DNA from: Neoechinorhynchus agilis
Lineage: Eukaryota; Animalia; Acanthocephala
Direction of reading: 5' to 3'
NCBI GenBank assembly: GCA_051530055.1
Contig: CM121341.1
Coordinates: 5,000,784 to 5,064,783, forward strand
Length of the DNA stretch: 64,000 nt
A program made the translations under genes and the position numbers. A model generated the notes under the pieces. It was not told the DNA's origin, searched no databases, and was given only the letters and a program-made list of their open reading frames with translations. Numbering within the stretch: the stretch's first letter is position 1; every line of letters begins with the position of its first letter. This document shows, piece by piece, positions 1 through 10,605 of the stretch.

Positions 1-760
1 ACGACAAACTCCCAAAATCGAGCCAAGTGACCGAACTTCTCAACCGGATTTTGCTAGGTTCGTGGAGGAATTTTATCCCTGGCCAAAACAGCAGTTCTCA
101 AGTTTCATTAAGACTCTCTTCGGCGACTCGTTTCACAAATACTTTGGTCTATCCTTTTTTGATTAATATTGTCCTAGAAATCCAATCTCGATTGGTGGCA
201 GTCTCGACTTAGAGAATCAGGTGTTTGGCAAAACGCTCTCTTAGGTTGTTTTCTTTGGGTACCTTTTGACGAGACGGAAACTTAAGGAACGACCGTGCCG
301 AAGTGAACGCGATTCTCTCAGTCGTGCCCAGAATACTGGGAATTCGAAAAAAAATATCCTAGAGTCGATCTATGATCCTCAGAGATAATTTTTGCTTCAC
401 TATTCACGCTGAAGCATCCCGTTTTAGAAAACAATAGACGAAAAACTATCTTCGAACTAGAAATGTTTGCAAAACTAGGAAGCAACAAAAGGAAGATGGA
501 CAGATTTAAAGAAGCCAAGAGAGTTTTTAAATCGCCATTTACAGATTAACGCATTAATTGAACAAATTTGAACCCGATATTTAACGTGGATTTATCGTAT
601 AATGTCACTCGCTCATCAATTAAAAAATCGCAATAATTTTTTTTTACATCATCGTCTGTAATGTACCATTATCGATTTTTTCCACACATAATACTTGAAC
701 AAGTGCAATAAAAAAAACGGTGATTTTTAAAGTGTTTTCATTTAACAGAGTTTGTCAACA

Positions 761-2295
761 ATGGACAATTATCAAGAGGAATCTTCTACATATTATCCAG
801 TAATGAATTACACTCTTTGGGCGGAAAGCATAATGGATTACACCTACAAGTCGTACGTTTGGCTTACTAGCAAGTAAATGATCAAATCGATGGCTCCTTG
901 AGAATCGATTTGATTAAATATAATGGCTGTTATGATCGCGAATTTATAGATAGCTCATACGAGTTTCAACCGCTATGTTTCCAAGATGACCCGGATGAAG
1001 GATTCGTCGTTCACGAACTGGACGAAGAACCGATTGATTTAGAAAATGATGAAAGTGAAAGTCCTGTGTTACTGGAGAACTCTCCACCTCCCACAGCAGA
1101 ATACTACAAACGAATCGAACCTCAAATATTCCAGAAACTTAAGAATTTTTCTATCGAAAAGTATCAACGTTATCCAACCATCGGCCCCCGTCGGACACTC
1201 GCAGATGATTGTATTGGAAAAAGCCCGATCTTAGTTTCCACCATATCCTTACTATCATTCGTGAATTTCTTTAATCTTGTGTTACCAATTAACAAATTGT
1301 TCAAAAGGGAACCTTTGGCGGATCTAGAGGAAGCTAAAAATCATTTACCTGCTCTTCGGATTATTTCAGCTTTCTTTGGTTTATTTTCAAGTGAAAATAT
1401 GAGGCGATTGACCGCTGACAAAGTACGCGAGGAATTGGTTAAAATTGAACTGGTAGGTAACGCGATTATCGATTGCCGAGGGGATCCTGCTACGTTCATC
1501 CGCGCACTTTTATCTTCATTGCATCGAGAAATCAATCATTGCCGTAGGAAATACGAAGAAAGTACCGCTGGCCTCAATGGAACTGCGAATCAACAACACG
1601 AATCGATCTGCAGGAATGGACACGTAAATCAACAACAACAACAACAACAAAGATTGACCAAATCACTAAATCCCGTGGCTGAATTGCTTGGAATCAAATT
1701 CAGGAGTTTCGGTAATTTCTAAACAGACTTTCCAGTACCAAGGAAATGCTTAGTGGAAAATCTGTTTAAACGTAACAAACATAATCAGCAACTTACTGAG
1801 GATTGTTGTTATTTATTCAAAATTCCGTGTGGTTGTAAGAGTCTTAATCAAGCTTTAAGACAGTTATGCTTAAATGGAGATCAAGGAAGACCTCGTTTGC
1901 AGTTTAACTATCTTCCTCCTTGTCTCATGTTTGAAATTGACATGTTTACTGAGGATTCATATTACAGGACTCTGTCAACAACGAATATTCCTTTTGTTCT
2001 AAAGATAGATAAAACCTTTATGGATGGGAGTGGTTCAATCAATGGTTGTTCTGATTATTTGTTGTGTGCAATCATCCATCACGACGGACAAAATCTCACA
2101 AATGGGCAATTTATCACTACCGTATTCGATCGAAAAACCCCTGGATGGGTCCGATTCGTTAGCGAAACAAGGAGTTTCTCTACAACACGACGCTCTATTA
2201 ATCAAGTGACCGGAATTTATAGATGCCGACCTTATATTTTGTTTTATAGAAGCGCTACTGAAAATTCTATAAGGATTCGATCTCTTGAATCATGA
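761..2295 (+). CDS. USP-family (peptidase C19) protein, apparently catalytically dead; USP10/USP39-like
   Basis: Three exons joined in frame by GT-AG introns 853-902 (50 bp) and 1712-1753 (42 bp). Contains RGDPATFIRALLSSLHREI (QxD box) and YLLCAIIHHDGQNLTNGQFITTVF...GWVR...PYILFYR (His box). Confidence 0.75.
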
Positions 2296-2549
2296 GGGTT
2301 TTTTTTCTTGAAAAACTTAAAATTCAACAATTGCAACACGTTTTCGGGTTTCAAAACAGTCGAGCGAACTACTGCATCGATTGTGATACAGTTTTTAATA
2401 AACAGCGTTTTGTCATTTGTATCGGGCGCTTATTTAAAGAATCTATCAATCAGCGTTTTACATAATCGGGACAATCACCAATTTTAAGGCAAACTTCATT
2501 CCTAACATTTTTTTATGGAACTTGAATCGAACAAGACATCAACATTAAC

Positions 2550-3160
2550 TTAATTTTTTTGCTTTTATAACTTTCAGTTTACTAAAGTCAAAGAGGATAG
2601 ATTAATTTTTTTAAAGAAGTTTTAAATTTCCTTTGTTTGCTCATTAAAATTTATTTAACATTCACATGAAGTGGCATTGTCTTAATTTTTTCGTTTATAA
2701 TTTTCAATTTACAAAAGTCAAAAAAGATGGATTAATTTTAAGAGAAGTTTAATTTTTTGCGTTTATAATTTTAAATTTACAAAAGTCAAAAAAGATGGAT
2801 TAATTTTAAGACAAGTTTCATTTTTTTCGTTTATAATTTTCAAATTTCAAAAGTCAAAAAATATAGATTAATTTTAAGACAAGTTTCATTTTTTTCGTTT
2901 ATAATTTTCAAATTTAAAAAGTCAAAAAATATAGATTAATTTTAAGAGAAATTTAATTTTTTTCGTTTATAATTTTCAATTTACAAAAGTCAAAAAAGAT
3001 AGATTAATTTTAAGAGAAGTTTAATTTTTTGCGTTTATAATTTACAAAAGTCAAAAAAGATAGATTAATTTTAAGAGAAGTTTGATTTTTTTCGTTTATA
3101 ATTTTAAATTTACAAAAGTCAAAAAAGATGGATTAATTTTAAGAGAAGTTTTAAATTTCG
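2550..3160. repeat. AT-rich tandem array, ~60-bp unit, ~9-10 degenerate copies
   Basis: Repeated tttttcgtttataattttcaatttacaaaagtcaaaaaagatggattaattttaagagaagtt. Confidence 0.9.
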
Positions 3161-3350
3161 TTTATTTTCAATTAAAATTTATTTTAAGAAAATTTGTTGA
3201 TAATCGTACGAAAATGTACGCAAATAGTCCTCTAAACAAAAAAAAGTCAACAAATATCAACTAATGTCGGTGTTTGCAAATCTTTTCTTGCAAACAACGT
3301 TCAAAATAACCTACGTTAATCTCATATAGGAAACTTATAGATTGCTTTAA

Positions 3351-3989
3351 ATGGTTGTATTGAATCTGATGTGTTATTCGACAACGTTTGCGTTGTTATT
3401 TCTTTTGAGATTCACAGTCGCAATCACATCTCGGAACACTTTTTCGTTTCGAAACGAGGTCCAAGGATCGAACAGTGATGTATCCGAAGAGTATGGAGTA
3501 GGAAAAGCTCATAATTCCATTAATTCCGTTATAAGCTTGCCTTATCCTGCGTTCCCCCCACTGTTTCATGGAGAAATTTCAACAAATCTTCTCCGAATAT
3601 TTGAGGAAATGAATTCAAAACAAGACGATGATAGCGACCAATCGGAATCAAACGAGGATACAACTACGCCGAAAATTTGTGACAATACTACCGCTTCCAT
3701 TATAAGTGAAGTGAGCAGTCCATATACCAAGCTGGAGATCGTTAGTGCACTTATCGACGAGCTGGAGAAATTAAAAAATGAAGTCGAACAGTCAACTACA
3801 ACTGAGGCTGCATTTGTTGAGACCACATCGAGCATACAACCAGGCGGAGAATCTTATAAAAGTCAAATATCGGATCTAATGAAACAGTTGGGACATGAAG
3901 ACCGATTATTGATGTTAGCCGATCTTATTCGAATGGAAAAGCTCCGATATCTCTGTTACTTAATAGAGAATCAACTAAATTCGTTTTAA
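3351..3989 (+). CDS. Hypothetical secreted protein, 212 aa, intronless
   Basis: Clean ATG ORF with a hydrophobic N-terminus (FALLFLLRFTVA) and an acidic Ser/Thr-rich middle; no family recognised. Confidence 0.6.
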   Translation: MVVLNLMCYSTTFALLFLLRFTVAITSRNTFSFRNEVQGSNSDVSEEYGVGKAHNSINSVISLPYPAFPPLFHGEISTNLLRIFEEMNSKQDDDSDQSESNEDTTTPKICDNTTASIISEVSSPYTKLEIVSALIDELEKLKNEVEQSTTTEAAFVETTSSIQPGGESYKSQISDLMKQLGHEDRLLMLADLIRMEKLRYLCYLIENQLNSF

Positions 3990-4561
3990 AAGGTCTATTT
4001 TGGTATTTAGTTCTGCTTAGTCGTCAAAATATATAATCATTTTTATCGTATGTCTTGATTTCAAGTGGCCATCATTACACAGCTGATTATTTTCGTTTTG
4101 ATCCTGAGATCTCTCCGGAGTGGGCCGGGACTCATGAGTTTCCTATTGCATTCAACAATATTCCGTTTCATTTTGTTGTGAGTCATCTGCAATAATGAAT
4201 TTTAAACACTTAAAAAATGTAACCGGCAAGTTAGACATAAGATAAAATTAATATTTGGGCTCAAGTCCCCTAGACCACCTCGATACAATTCTGCTAGTTT
4301 TAGCTTGGGCAAATATTAAATTATTTTCAAGCTGTTCAACACTTGATACTCATTTTTATTTATCGTTGCACTGCAAACGACAAGACTTTTCTCTTATATT
4401 AATCATTTATTGGATTTATTAACCCGTAATGACATTCAGATTATTAACTCCAATTTTTTTATTACAACTTTGCAGTCTTCGCAAGTTAATTTTTCAGACG
4501 TGGACAAATTTCATTGGACAACAGACATGGCGCATATGCAGGGCTAATTAGCACTCGCACT

Positions 4562-4588
4562 CTGATTGGCTGAAACGGCATCACGTGA
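4562..4588. promoter_or_regulatory. CCAAT box plus E-box (TCACGTGA) ~100 bp upstream of the 4684 ORF
   Basis: ctgATTGGct at 4565 and tcacgtga at 4581-4588; motif match only. Confidence 0.3.
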
Positions 4589-4683
4589 TATTATAGGCTA
4601 GACGAACGCGTCTACTAAAACGGTCGTTCATCTTATCGTTATCGAAGACTGAGACCATTACAATCGACGCATTATCATTCACT

Positions 4684-5181
4684 ATGACAAAGAAATCAAT
4701 TGTAAAGAAAGCGAAACGATGCAATGTTAAAAATCAAAAGATACCGATGAAATTCGCTGACGAAATCGGTAAACCATTAACACAATCATCGAGCATTAAT
4801 AATTTTTTGGGCGGCAAGTCAAAGGAGGAAATAAGACATTCAACAGTTGAGCAAAGAAGGCAGGAAAACGATACAGAATTAAATCAGATAACGTTAAATG
4901 TTCAATCGGAAAAAGCTGCGAATCAAGTAGAAACCCCATCAGACGTATCTAAAATTAAAGACAAAGATTTATCGTATTTAGAACATGAAGAGGATGTCGT
5001 CGATGAACAAGTTGAACAACTCAAATACTGGAAAAAGGAGAAAAAAATCGGAAAAAAAGCAAACGGCCAGAAAGTTTCACAAACAAGAATGGTAAAGAAC
5101 TCCCGAAAGGGTGGTAAAAGAGGAAAGTTTTGTAAAGGAGATATTATTGATGCACTTAACGATCTGTCTCTCAATGACTAA
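4684..5181 (+). CDS. Hypothetical Lys-rich protein, 165 aa
   Basis: ATG ORF in non-repeat DNA. MKFADEIGKPL resembles the VSFADxxGxxL PP1-docking segment; weak. Confidence 0.55.
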   Translation: MTKKSIVKKAKRCNVKNQKIPMKFADEIGKPLTQSSSINNFLGGKSKEEIRHSTVEQRRQENDTELNQITLNVQSEKAANQVETPSDVSKIKDKDLSYLEHEEDVVDEQVEQLKYWKKEKKIGKKANGQKVSQTRMVKNSRKGGKRGKFCKGDIIDALNDLSLND

Positions 5182-5555
5182 TAAAATTTAGCGTGTATTT
5201 CTTTGTCAAAAAAATTTACATTTAACTAAATTACATGATTAATGGAAAAAAAATCATATCAATTTTGAGTGGGCCTTGTTTATATAGCGGCAGAAGATCA
5301 AATGTTTTCATACCATTCGTTTCCAGTCATTTGCAATGGCTATTAAAAATTTTATGCATGATTTATAATCGCAGCTTGTCATCAAACACTTCAAGTGTTT
5401 TTATATTGATAAATGGTGTTAATTTTCACGTTATCTTGTCATTTTTGATCACAATCGCGTGTCAAATCATAAACTGGTTATTTTTATAAAGAAAATCGCA
5501 CTTCTATTGACTAAAAATAATAAATGAAATGTCGTAAACTTTAGCCTAGAAAATA

Positions 5556-5720
5556 TTGATATTCGATTTAGTTTTCTGTGTGTGCCCGCCGATCTCCATT
5601 TTCCAACCTCTCGCTATTGAGACAATCGGTGCCGTCGGACCAAGCATCGTAAAAAACTTTAAACTTGGAAAATGTTTTATAGCCATAAAAAAAGTCCCAA
5701 ACCAACTATTTTTATTAGAT
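5556..5720 (+). mobile_element. Relic of the C-terminal restriction-like endonuclease region of a CRE/R2-type non-LTR retrotransposon
   Basis: FQPLAIETIGAVGPSIVKNFKLGK matches the FxPxAxETxGxxG...LG segment of RLE-bearing elements. Confidence 0.55.
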
Positions 5721-5769
5721 AATCAGCGAAAGTTTTTATTAAATTTTATTTAAAGATAAAATCCATGAG

Positions 5770-5920
5770 TATGTGGAAGTGGGGAAAAATTATATATTAA
5801 AGACTGACTTTAATTTGAAATATTTCGTCCAATCACACTGGACTTCTTCAGTCAATTATTGCTTGAAATATTTCAATTAAAGTGATTCTTGAATATATAA
5901 TTATTCCCCACTTCCACATA
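5770..5920. repeat. Palindromic, MITE-like insert with ~29-bp arms
   Basis: tatgtggaagtggggaaaaattatatatt (5770-5798) is the reverse complement of 5892-5920 with one mismatch. Confidence 0.8.
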
Positions 5921-6016
5921 TTAAATTTTATTGAAATTATCAATTAAATCCAAATTTAAAATTTTTACACACATTAATTTGTAATATTATGGAAAGCCTC
6001 TTTTCCCAACACCCTC

Positions 6017-6215
6017 ATGTTTATTCCAAATTTATTATCGAACGGAAAATGGGTGTTTTATTTGTTTATTGCTTCAAATTTTCGACGTCTTCGTCAGGAA
6101 GCTTTTCTTCGGTTGTCTGAAAAGGAATCAGAGGAGGGCAACGCTGTCCGTCATCATTTTTATTTGAAACTTCTATTAATTGCTAGTCATGGAAATGCTC
6201 ATGAGCGAGAAAACC
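6017..6215 (+). mobile_element. Second probable RLE C-terminal relic
   Basis: FIPNLLSNGKW...AVRHHFYLKLLLIASHGNA resembles the FxP...GxW and F..RLSIAxQRGNA tail of CRE-type ORFs. Confidence 0.4.
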
Positions 6216-6272
6216 GAAGAATCACGAAGAAATCAGAGTGCAATGCTAAAGACTATTTATTATTAAGACCAC

Positions 6273-6602
6273 TTATTTCTCTTCATTAAAACTAAGAATC
6301 TTCAGTGGTCTATCATTGATATCTCGATGAATTACCATGGAATAAATACGATCTAATTTGGGAACATGAATCTTTACATCGTATTTCAAACCACGGACGA
6401 CTTGACGAGTAGCGTGAATGATATTATAATCCGCTTTTACGAATCCGGCCATCTTGTTGGTGACAGCATCATGGACAGCTTCTACCAAGTGTTCATCTCG
6501 GACATCTACGGGCTCAGGTCCTCCAAGTAATCTTGACCCTGCTGATGAACACATAATCATTAATTGAACAATAGCAACAGTAGTCACTATCGAAGACATC
6601 AT
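6273..6602 (-). CDS. Secreted cystatin (cysteine protease inhibitor), 109 aa
   Basis: Signal peptide, N-terminal LLGG and the QVVRG (QxVxG) motif; intronless; ATG at 6602. Confidence 0.9.
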   Translation of the reverse strand: MMSSIVTTVAIVQLMIMCSSAGSRLLGGPEPVDVRDEHLVEAVHDAVTNKMAGFVKADYNIIHATRQVVRGLKYDVKIHVPKLDRIYSMVIHRDINDRPLKILSFNEEK

Positions 6603-6659
6603 TTTATACTCTGAAAAAAGACAATGAATCATAAATATCTTTTCACTCCTCAATGATTT

Positions 6660-7258
6660 GCCGTTAAATGTGTGAGTAGCGATTGAAGAGACAATTAAAA
6701 CCTTTTAAAATATTTCGCAATCAATAAAAAAAATTAGTATCGATAACACTGAACGTGTACAATCAAATTTAACGCTCCTCAATGATGAAAAAACAAAATT
6801 AAATTGAAGAGACAATTAAAACCTTTTAAAATATTTCGCAATCAATAAAAAAATTAGTATCGATAACACTGAACGTGTACAATCAAATTTAACGCTCCTC
6901 AATGATGGAAAAACAAAATTAAATTGTACGTTGGTGAATCCTGTCCCCAATGTTTAGAGATACTCATTTATTGCGATTTCACAAGGTTTTAATTGCCGTT
7001 AAAAGTGTGAGTAGCGATTGAAGAGACAATTAAAACCTTTTAAAATATTTCGCGATCAATAAAAAAATTAGTATCGATAACACTGAACGTGTACAATCAA
7101 ATTTAACGCTCCTCAATGATGAAAAAACAAAATTAAATTGAAGAGACAATTAAAACCTTTTAAAATATTTCGCAATCAATAAAAAAAATTAGTATCGATA
7201 ACACTGAACGTGTACAATCAAATTTAACGCTCCTCAATGATGAAAAAACAAAATTTAA
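6660..7258. repeat. Nested duplication: four ~120-bp units inside a ~336-bp duplicated block
   Basis: gaagagacaattaaaacc...aaaattaaatt at ~6686, 6807, 7020 and 7140; gccgttaaa-gtgtgagtagcgatt at 6660 and ~6996. Confidence 0.9.
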
Positions 7259-7270
7259 TGTTCTTTGCAC

Positions 7271-7915
7271 TTACATTCGCGGCGTTAGATTGAACGCATC
7301 CAAACTTACGGAATTCTCGGTGTAACGATAAGTCTCAAAGTCAGGATAGGTTAGGAAAATAGACCGAAAAAGAGATTGAACAGGTTGGACGTTGAAGTGT
7401 TTTACCAAATCAAAAGATCCCAGAATGTTTATGTCTTCTTCACACGAAATCAGTATGCTTTGCACATCAGCGGAGGATTCAGGCAAGTTCCACCAATCCA
7501 TGACCATCCCACCACCATTTTCAATTATATTTTCAACTAAACTTTGACTTGGTTTGACACTCATTGTGCATGCAAAAGTGAATTTCTCAAATATTGGACG
7601 GGGCCGCATAAACGCCGAATCGATATCCAATCGATATGTAAATAGGAAAACTTCTCTGTTCAAGTAATGGTGTTTAGTGTCAGGATCGATGAATCTGCCT
7701 TCTGCTAGAGAATCCTCAAGCCATTTTAAATTGAGAATATATTTATGTTCCTTAAGTTCGGTCCATGTTGATGCCAGAATCAAGGCTAATTTTTTAAGAC
7801 TTAGGGCGGAATGCAAAGTATAAAAACACTTTGAGAATATCCCACTACAAAAGGGAGACGTACGAAGTCTACTCATGCTTGACTCACATTTCTCACGGGA
7901 GAGTCGACGGATCAC
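7271..7915 (-). CDS. Tandem BRCT pair: C-terminal exon of the PAXIP1-like gene or a separate MDC1-like gene; 5' end unresolved
   Basis: YILNLKWLEDSLAEGRFIDP...IFEKFTFACTMSVKPSQSLVENIIENGGGMV...ILISCEEDINI aligns by eye with PTIP BRCT5-6 and MDC1 BRCTs. Confidence 0.7.
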   Translation of the reverse strand: MIRRLSREKCESSMSRLRTSPFCSGIFSKCFYTLHSALSLKKLALILASTWTELKEHKYILNLKWLEDSLAEGRFIDPDTKHHYLNREVFLFTYRLDIDSAFMRPRPIFEKFTFACTMSVKPSQSLVENIIENGGGMVMDWWNLPESSADVQSILISCEEDINILGSFDLVKHFNVQPVQSLFRSIFLTYPDFETYRYTENSVSLDAFNLTPRM

Positions 7916-8391
7916 AAGCCGTTTTCATTATATCTTAAAGTGAGCTCAAGACTTCGTCAAGTAAGACGGAATTGTGAAAAGGTTAACTTACCCACCAAGA
8001 AGTCAAAGGGCCGAAGAATTGTTTCAATAAACTTTCATTTCAACCATGACCTTTTTGTGTAGGGTTTGACAAATATTCTTTTTGTGTACTACTCGAACGA
8101 TTACAATTATTGTACTCGCATAAAATCAAAATTGACGACGATTTAAAATATTTTGATACACACGAAAAAAAAGTATATTTTTGTTTTAAATTTCCTAGAT
8201 TCGATAAGCTATTATTTGTGCAATATAATTTTTTTTCAAGTATAAAAAGTCATAACTTTCAATTGAAGACCATCTAAGTATTTATGGATGAAAGAGTGAT
8301 TATTACAAATGTGTACGATCTTAAAGGAAAACACAGATATTATTTTGTCCTGAGCAGATCTTATACGGGAATAACGAAAAGAATATTGATG

Positions 8392-8632
8392 TTTTTTCCC
8401 CATATACGGCCGAATGGACATCCAAAATCCACCGCGATTTCGCTCTTCACAGCGCTGGTCTGCGCTCAATGTCTCAAGACCGTAGAATCCCTCCGGATTC
8501 CCACGAGAATGAGTTTCCTCTTCCTTTCATCGAGGTATTTCGGCCCCTCCGTACGATCTTGAGACATTGAGCGAGCGCTTTCCAGACCGAATTCGCGGTG
8601 GACTATGTGTCCATTCGCCGTGTATGGAAAAT
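8392..8632. other. ~240-nt imperfect fold-back with a multi-hairpin apex
   Basis: Paired blocks catatacggc/gccgtgtatg, gaatggaca/tgtccattc, tccaccgcga/tcgcggtgga, ggtctg/cagacc and cgctcaatgtctcaaga/tcttgagacattgagcg (17 bp perfect). Confidence 0.8.
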
Positions 8633-8715
8633 ATCCATAAAAAAGACTACCGTCTGAGCCACATATAAAAATTCTAAGAATATTAAGATTACCAAAAAAG
8701 AGATTTTATGAGAAT

Positions 8716-10605
8716 TTACGGAAATCGTCGGGGAAAATGGATTAAATTTAACCAATGAAAACCGAATAATTGAAGCACAATACGGACAAATTCTATACGT
8801 TTAAAATTAAATTTAAAAGTGTCTATAAGATGAAGCCAATGATTTCCGAGCAATCCGTCCAAGGCATTAGAATAAGCTCCGAAATCCTTACATATCAAAT
8901 GTGTGATTCCTGGTACATCCAAACTAGTTACATCGAATCTTCTAGATCCGATTGGACGCTCAGTATAGGCTAGACACATTGCAACCGAAAATAGCCGCTT
9001 CTCTTCTTCGAAATCGAAACCGTCGAAAGCAAGGACATGAGAAGCATGGCAAATTAATTTCCTCTGGACCAAAGATTTCATTGGATTCATCAAGGGTTTT
9101 GAATGGTTCATGTTTAAATCGAATAAGTCGTATCCGTCTAAAAAAGTTGGTTTGCATATCCAAGAAGCAAGCATAAATTCGTTATGTTTTTGATAAATAT
9201 TCAAAACCGACGAATGTTCCTTTGTACAATCGATAGAATCTGCTTTGATACCAAGAAATAAACAAATAAGCCATCCAACGCTCACCGTTCTCACATTTGA
9301 ATATTTAATCTCATCGGATTCATCTTTATATCCGTGACCAGCTGAAACAATCACTGATACGTGTCGAAGAAACCGATCGATCACTTTTCCACCGAGCAAT
9401 TTTACGAGAGTTTCGATAGCAGTCACCTCGTATTCGTCCATGCCACATCCACGAATCAATACAATGCAATTTCTAAGCGGAAGTCGGCTTGAACGTAAAC
9501 ATGAATGAAAACAGGGTAAGTGATGAAGGAGCCAAGGTGTTCTTAAACAATTAAGTTTCAGACAGTCTTCCACAAACGAACTAGTGACCAATTTACAATC
9601 ACTCGTATCCGTCATAAACATCTTAAAGCTTTCAGACGATTGGTTCTCACATACAATAATATTGGATGGCTCGTTTTTAAGGTTCTGGCATCCAATCGAG
9701 GCTGACGCTCCATTACTCCTAACCTCTTCCATCAGTTTTAAAACAAACTTTCGTCCTCGACATATCTCAACTTCTTCGTCAAAAATAAAGCGAAAGTTGG
9801 ACAAAAACAAGTAACCACTAATAGGCTCGAATTCTCGTCCTGAACATCTAGTAGACGAATCACTAACCGTTCCAGTGACTGTAACGATTCTATACATTGG
9901 CCGATAAATCGTCCATTCCATTAAACATCGTTGATTTATACACTCAATCACAAATTGAGGTGTAACAATGCGTACTTTTGAACTGATTTCATGGTGAGGT
10001 TCAAGCAATCCTGAACTAATCAAATAATTGCATTGGTATAGATCTTGTGAACATCGCCCTCCATAATACACAATCATACATTTAAGCTTTAGTTGATCGT
10101 CTAAATCAATCGGCCCTAAATATTGATGCCTTGAAGTCACAAATCCAAACGTCAAGCCGCCGAATATCCTCTTAAATTGATCGGCACCATGGCTAATGCT
10201 AAAAGGTGCCACTGGCAGAATAGTATTGCATCTTAACGACCATCGAACCCAATCGGAAGTTACGACGGGTGGAATTTTGAACAGATTACTGGCTACCAAA
10301 AGCCGCTCTTTATCAGGACAATCACATATCACATGAGTTACCTGTTCGTTCAAGAAAGGACCGTTAAATGTTGCTCCATGAAGTAACAGACATGATTGGA
10401 CCGATTTGTCGATCGGTGCAAGGACACAAAACCGAACGTTTTGAAACAAATCCTGACTGTTTTGAATCTCGTCTTGCGGTTTTAACGGAGGATCTTCGTA
10501 ATCATGAATTTCCATTGAGATTAGCGAATCAGGTTTTGTCTTATAAGGCTGCTGCGTTAAATACTCAAGCGAAACGAACGAAGATATCGGACAAAGTACA
10601 TCCAT
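8716..10605 (-). CDS. PAXIP1: PAXIP1/PTIP-like multi-BRCT protein, N-terminal part
   Basis: DLFQNVRFCVL...VTHVIC...PVVTSDWVRWSLRCNTILPVAPFS (BRCT1), IFGGLTF (BRCT2), FLSNFRFIF (BRCT3), PLRNCIVLIRG (BRCT4). Start at ATG 10605 or 10515; the ORF tail probably reads into an intron. Confidence 0.7.
   Translation of the reverse strand: MDVLCPISSFVSLEYLTQQPYKTKPDSLISMEIHDYEDPPLKPQDEIQNSQDLFQNVRFCVLAPIDKSVQSCLLLHGATFNGPFLNEQVTHVICDCPDKERLLVASNLFKIPPVVTSDWVRWSLRCNTILPVAPFSISHGADQFKRIFGGLTFGFVTSRHQYLGPIDLDDQLKLKCMIVYYGGRCSQDLYQCNYLISSGLLEPHHEISSKVRIVTPQFVIECINQRCLMEWTIYRPMYRIVTVTGTVSDSSTRCSGREFEPISGYLFLSNFRFIFDEEVEICRGRKFVLKLMEEVRSNGASASIGCQNLKNEPSNIIVCENQSSESFKMFMTDTSDCKLVTSSFVEDCLKLNCLRTPWLLHHLPCFHSCLRSSRLPLRNCIVLIRGCGMDEYEVTAIETLVKLLGGKVIDRFLRHVSVIVSAGHGYKDESDEIKYSNVRTVSVGWLICLFLGIKADSIDCTKEHSSVLNIYQKHNEFMLASWICKPTFLDGYDLFDLNMNHSKPLMNPMKSLVQRKLICHASHVLAFDGFDFEEEKRLFSVAMCLAYTERPIGSRRFDVTSLDVPGITHLICKDFGAYSNALDGLLGNHWLHLIDTFKFNFKRIEFVRIVLQLFGFHWLNLIHFPRRFP

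Noticed and set aside
2-330. 3' end of a gene at the window edge
   Set aside because: A 55-codon open frame exists, but there is no recognisable homology or consistent splicing.
8480-8560. SRP RNA, SL RNA or hammerhead identity for the hairpin apex
   Set aside because: GGAG and GAAA loops are in the wrong order for SRP helices 6/8 and the AGCAG motif is absent; no Sm site follows the gag|gtattt donor-like motif; there is no CUGANGA.
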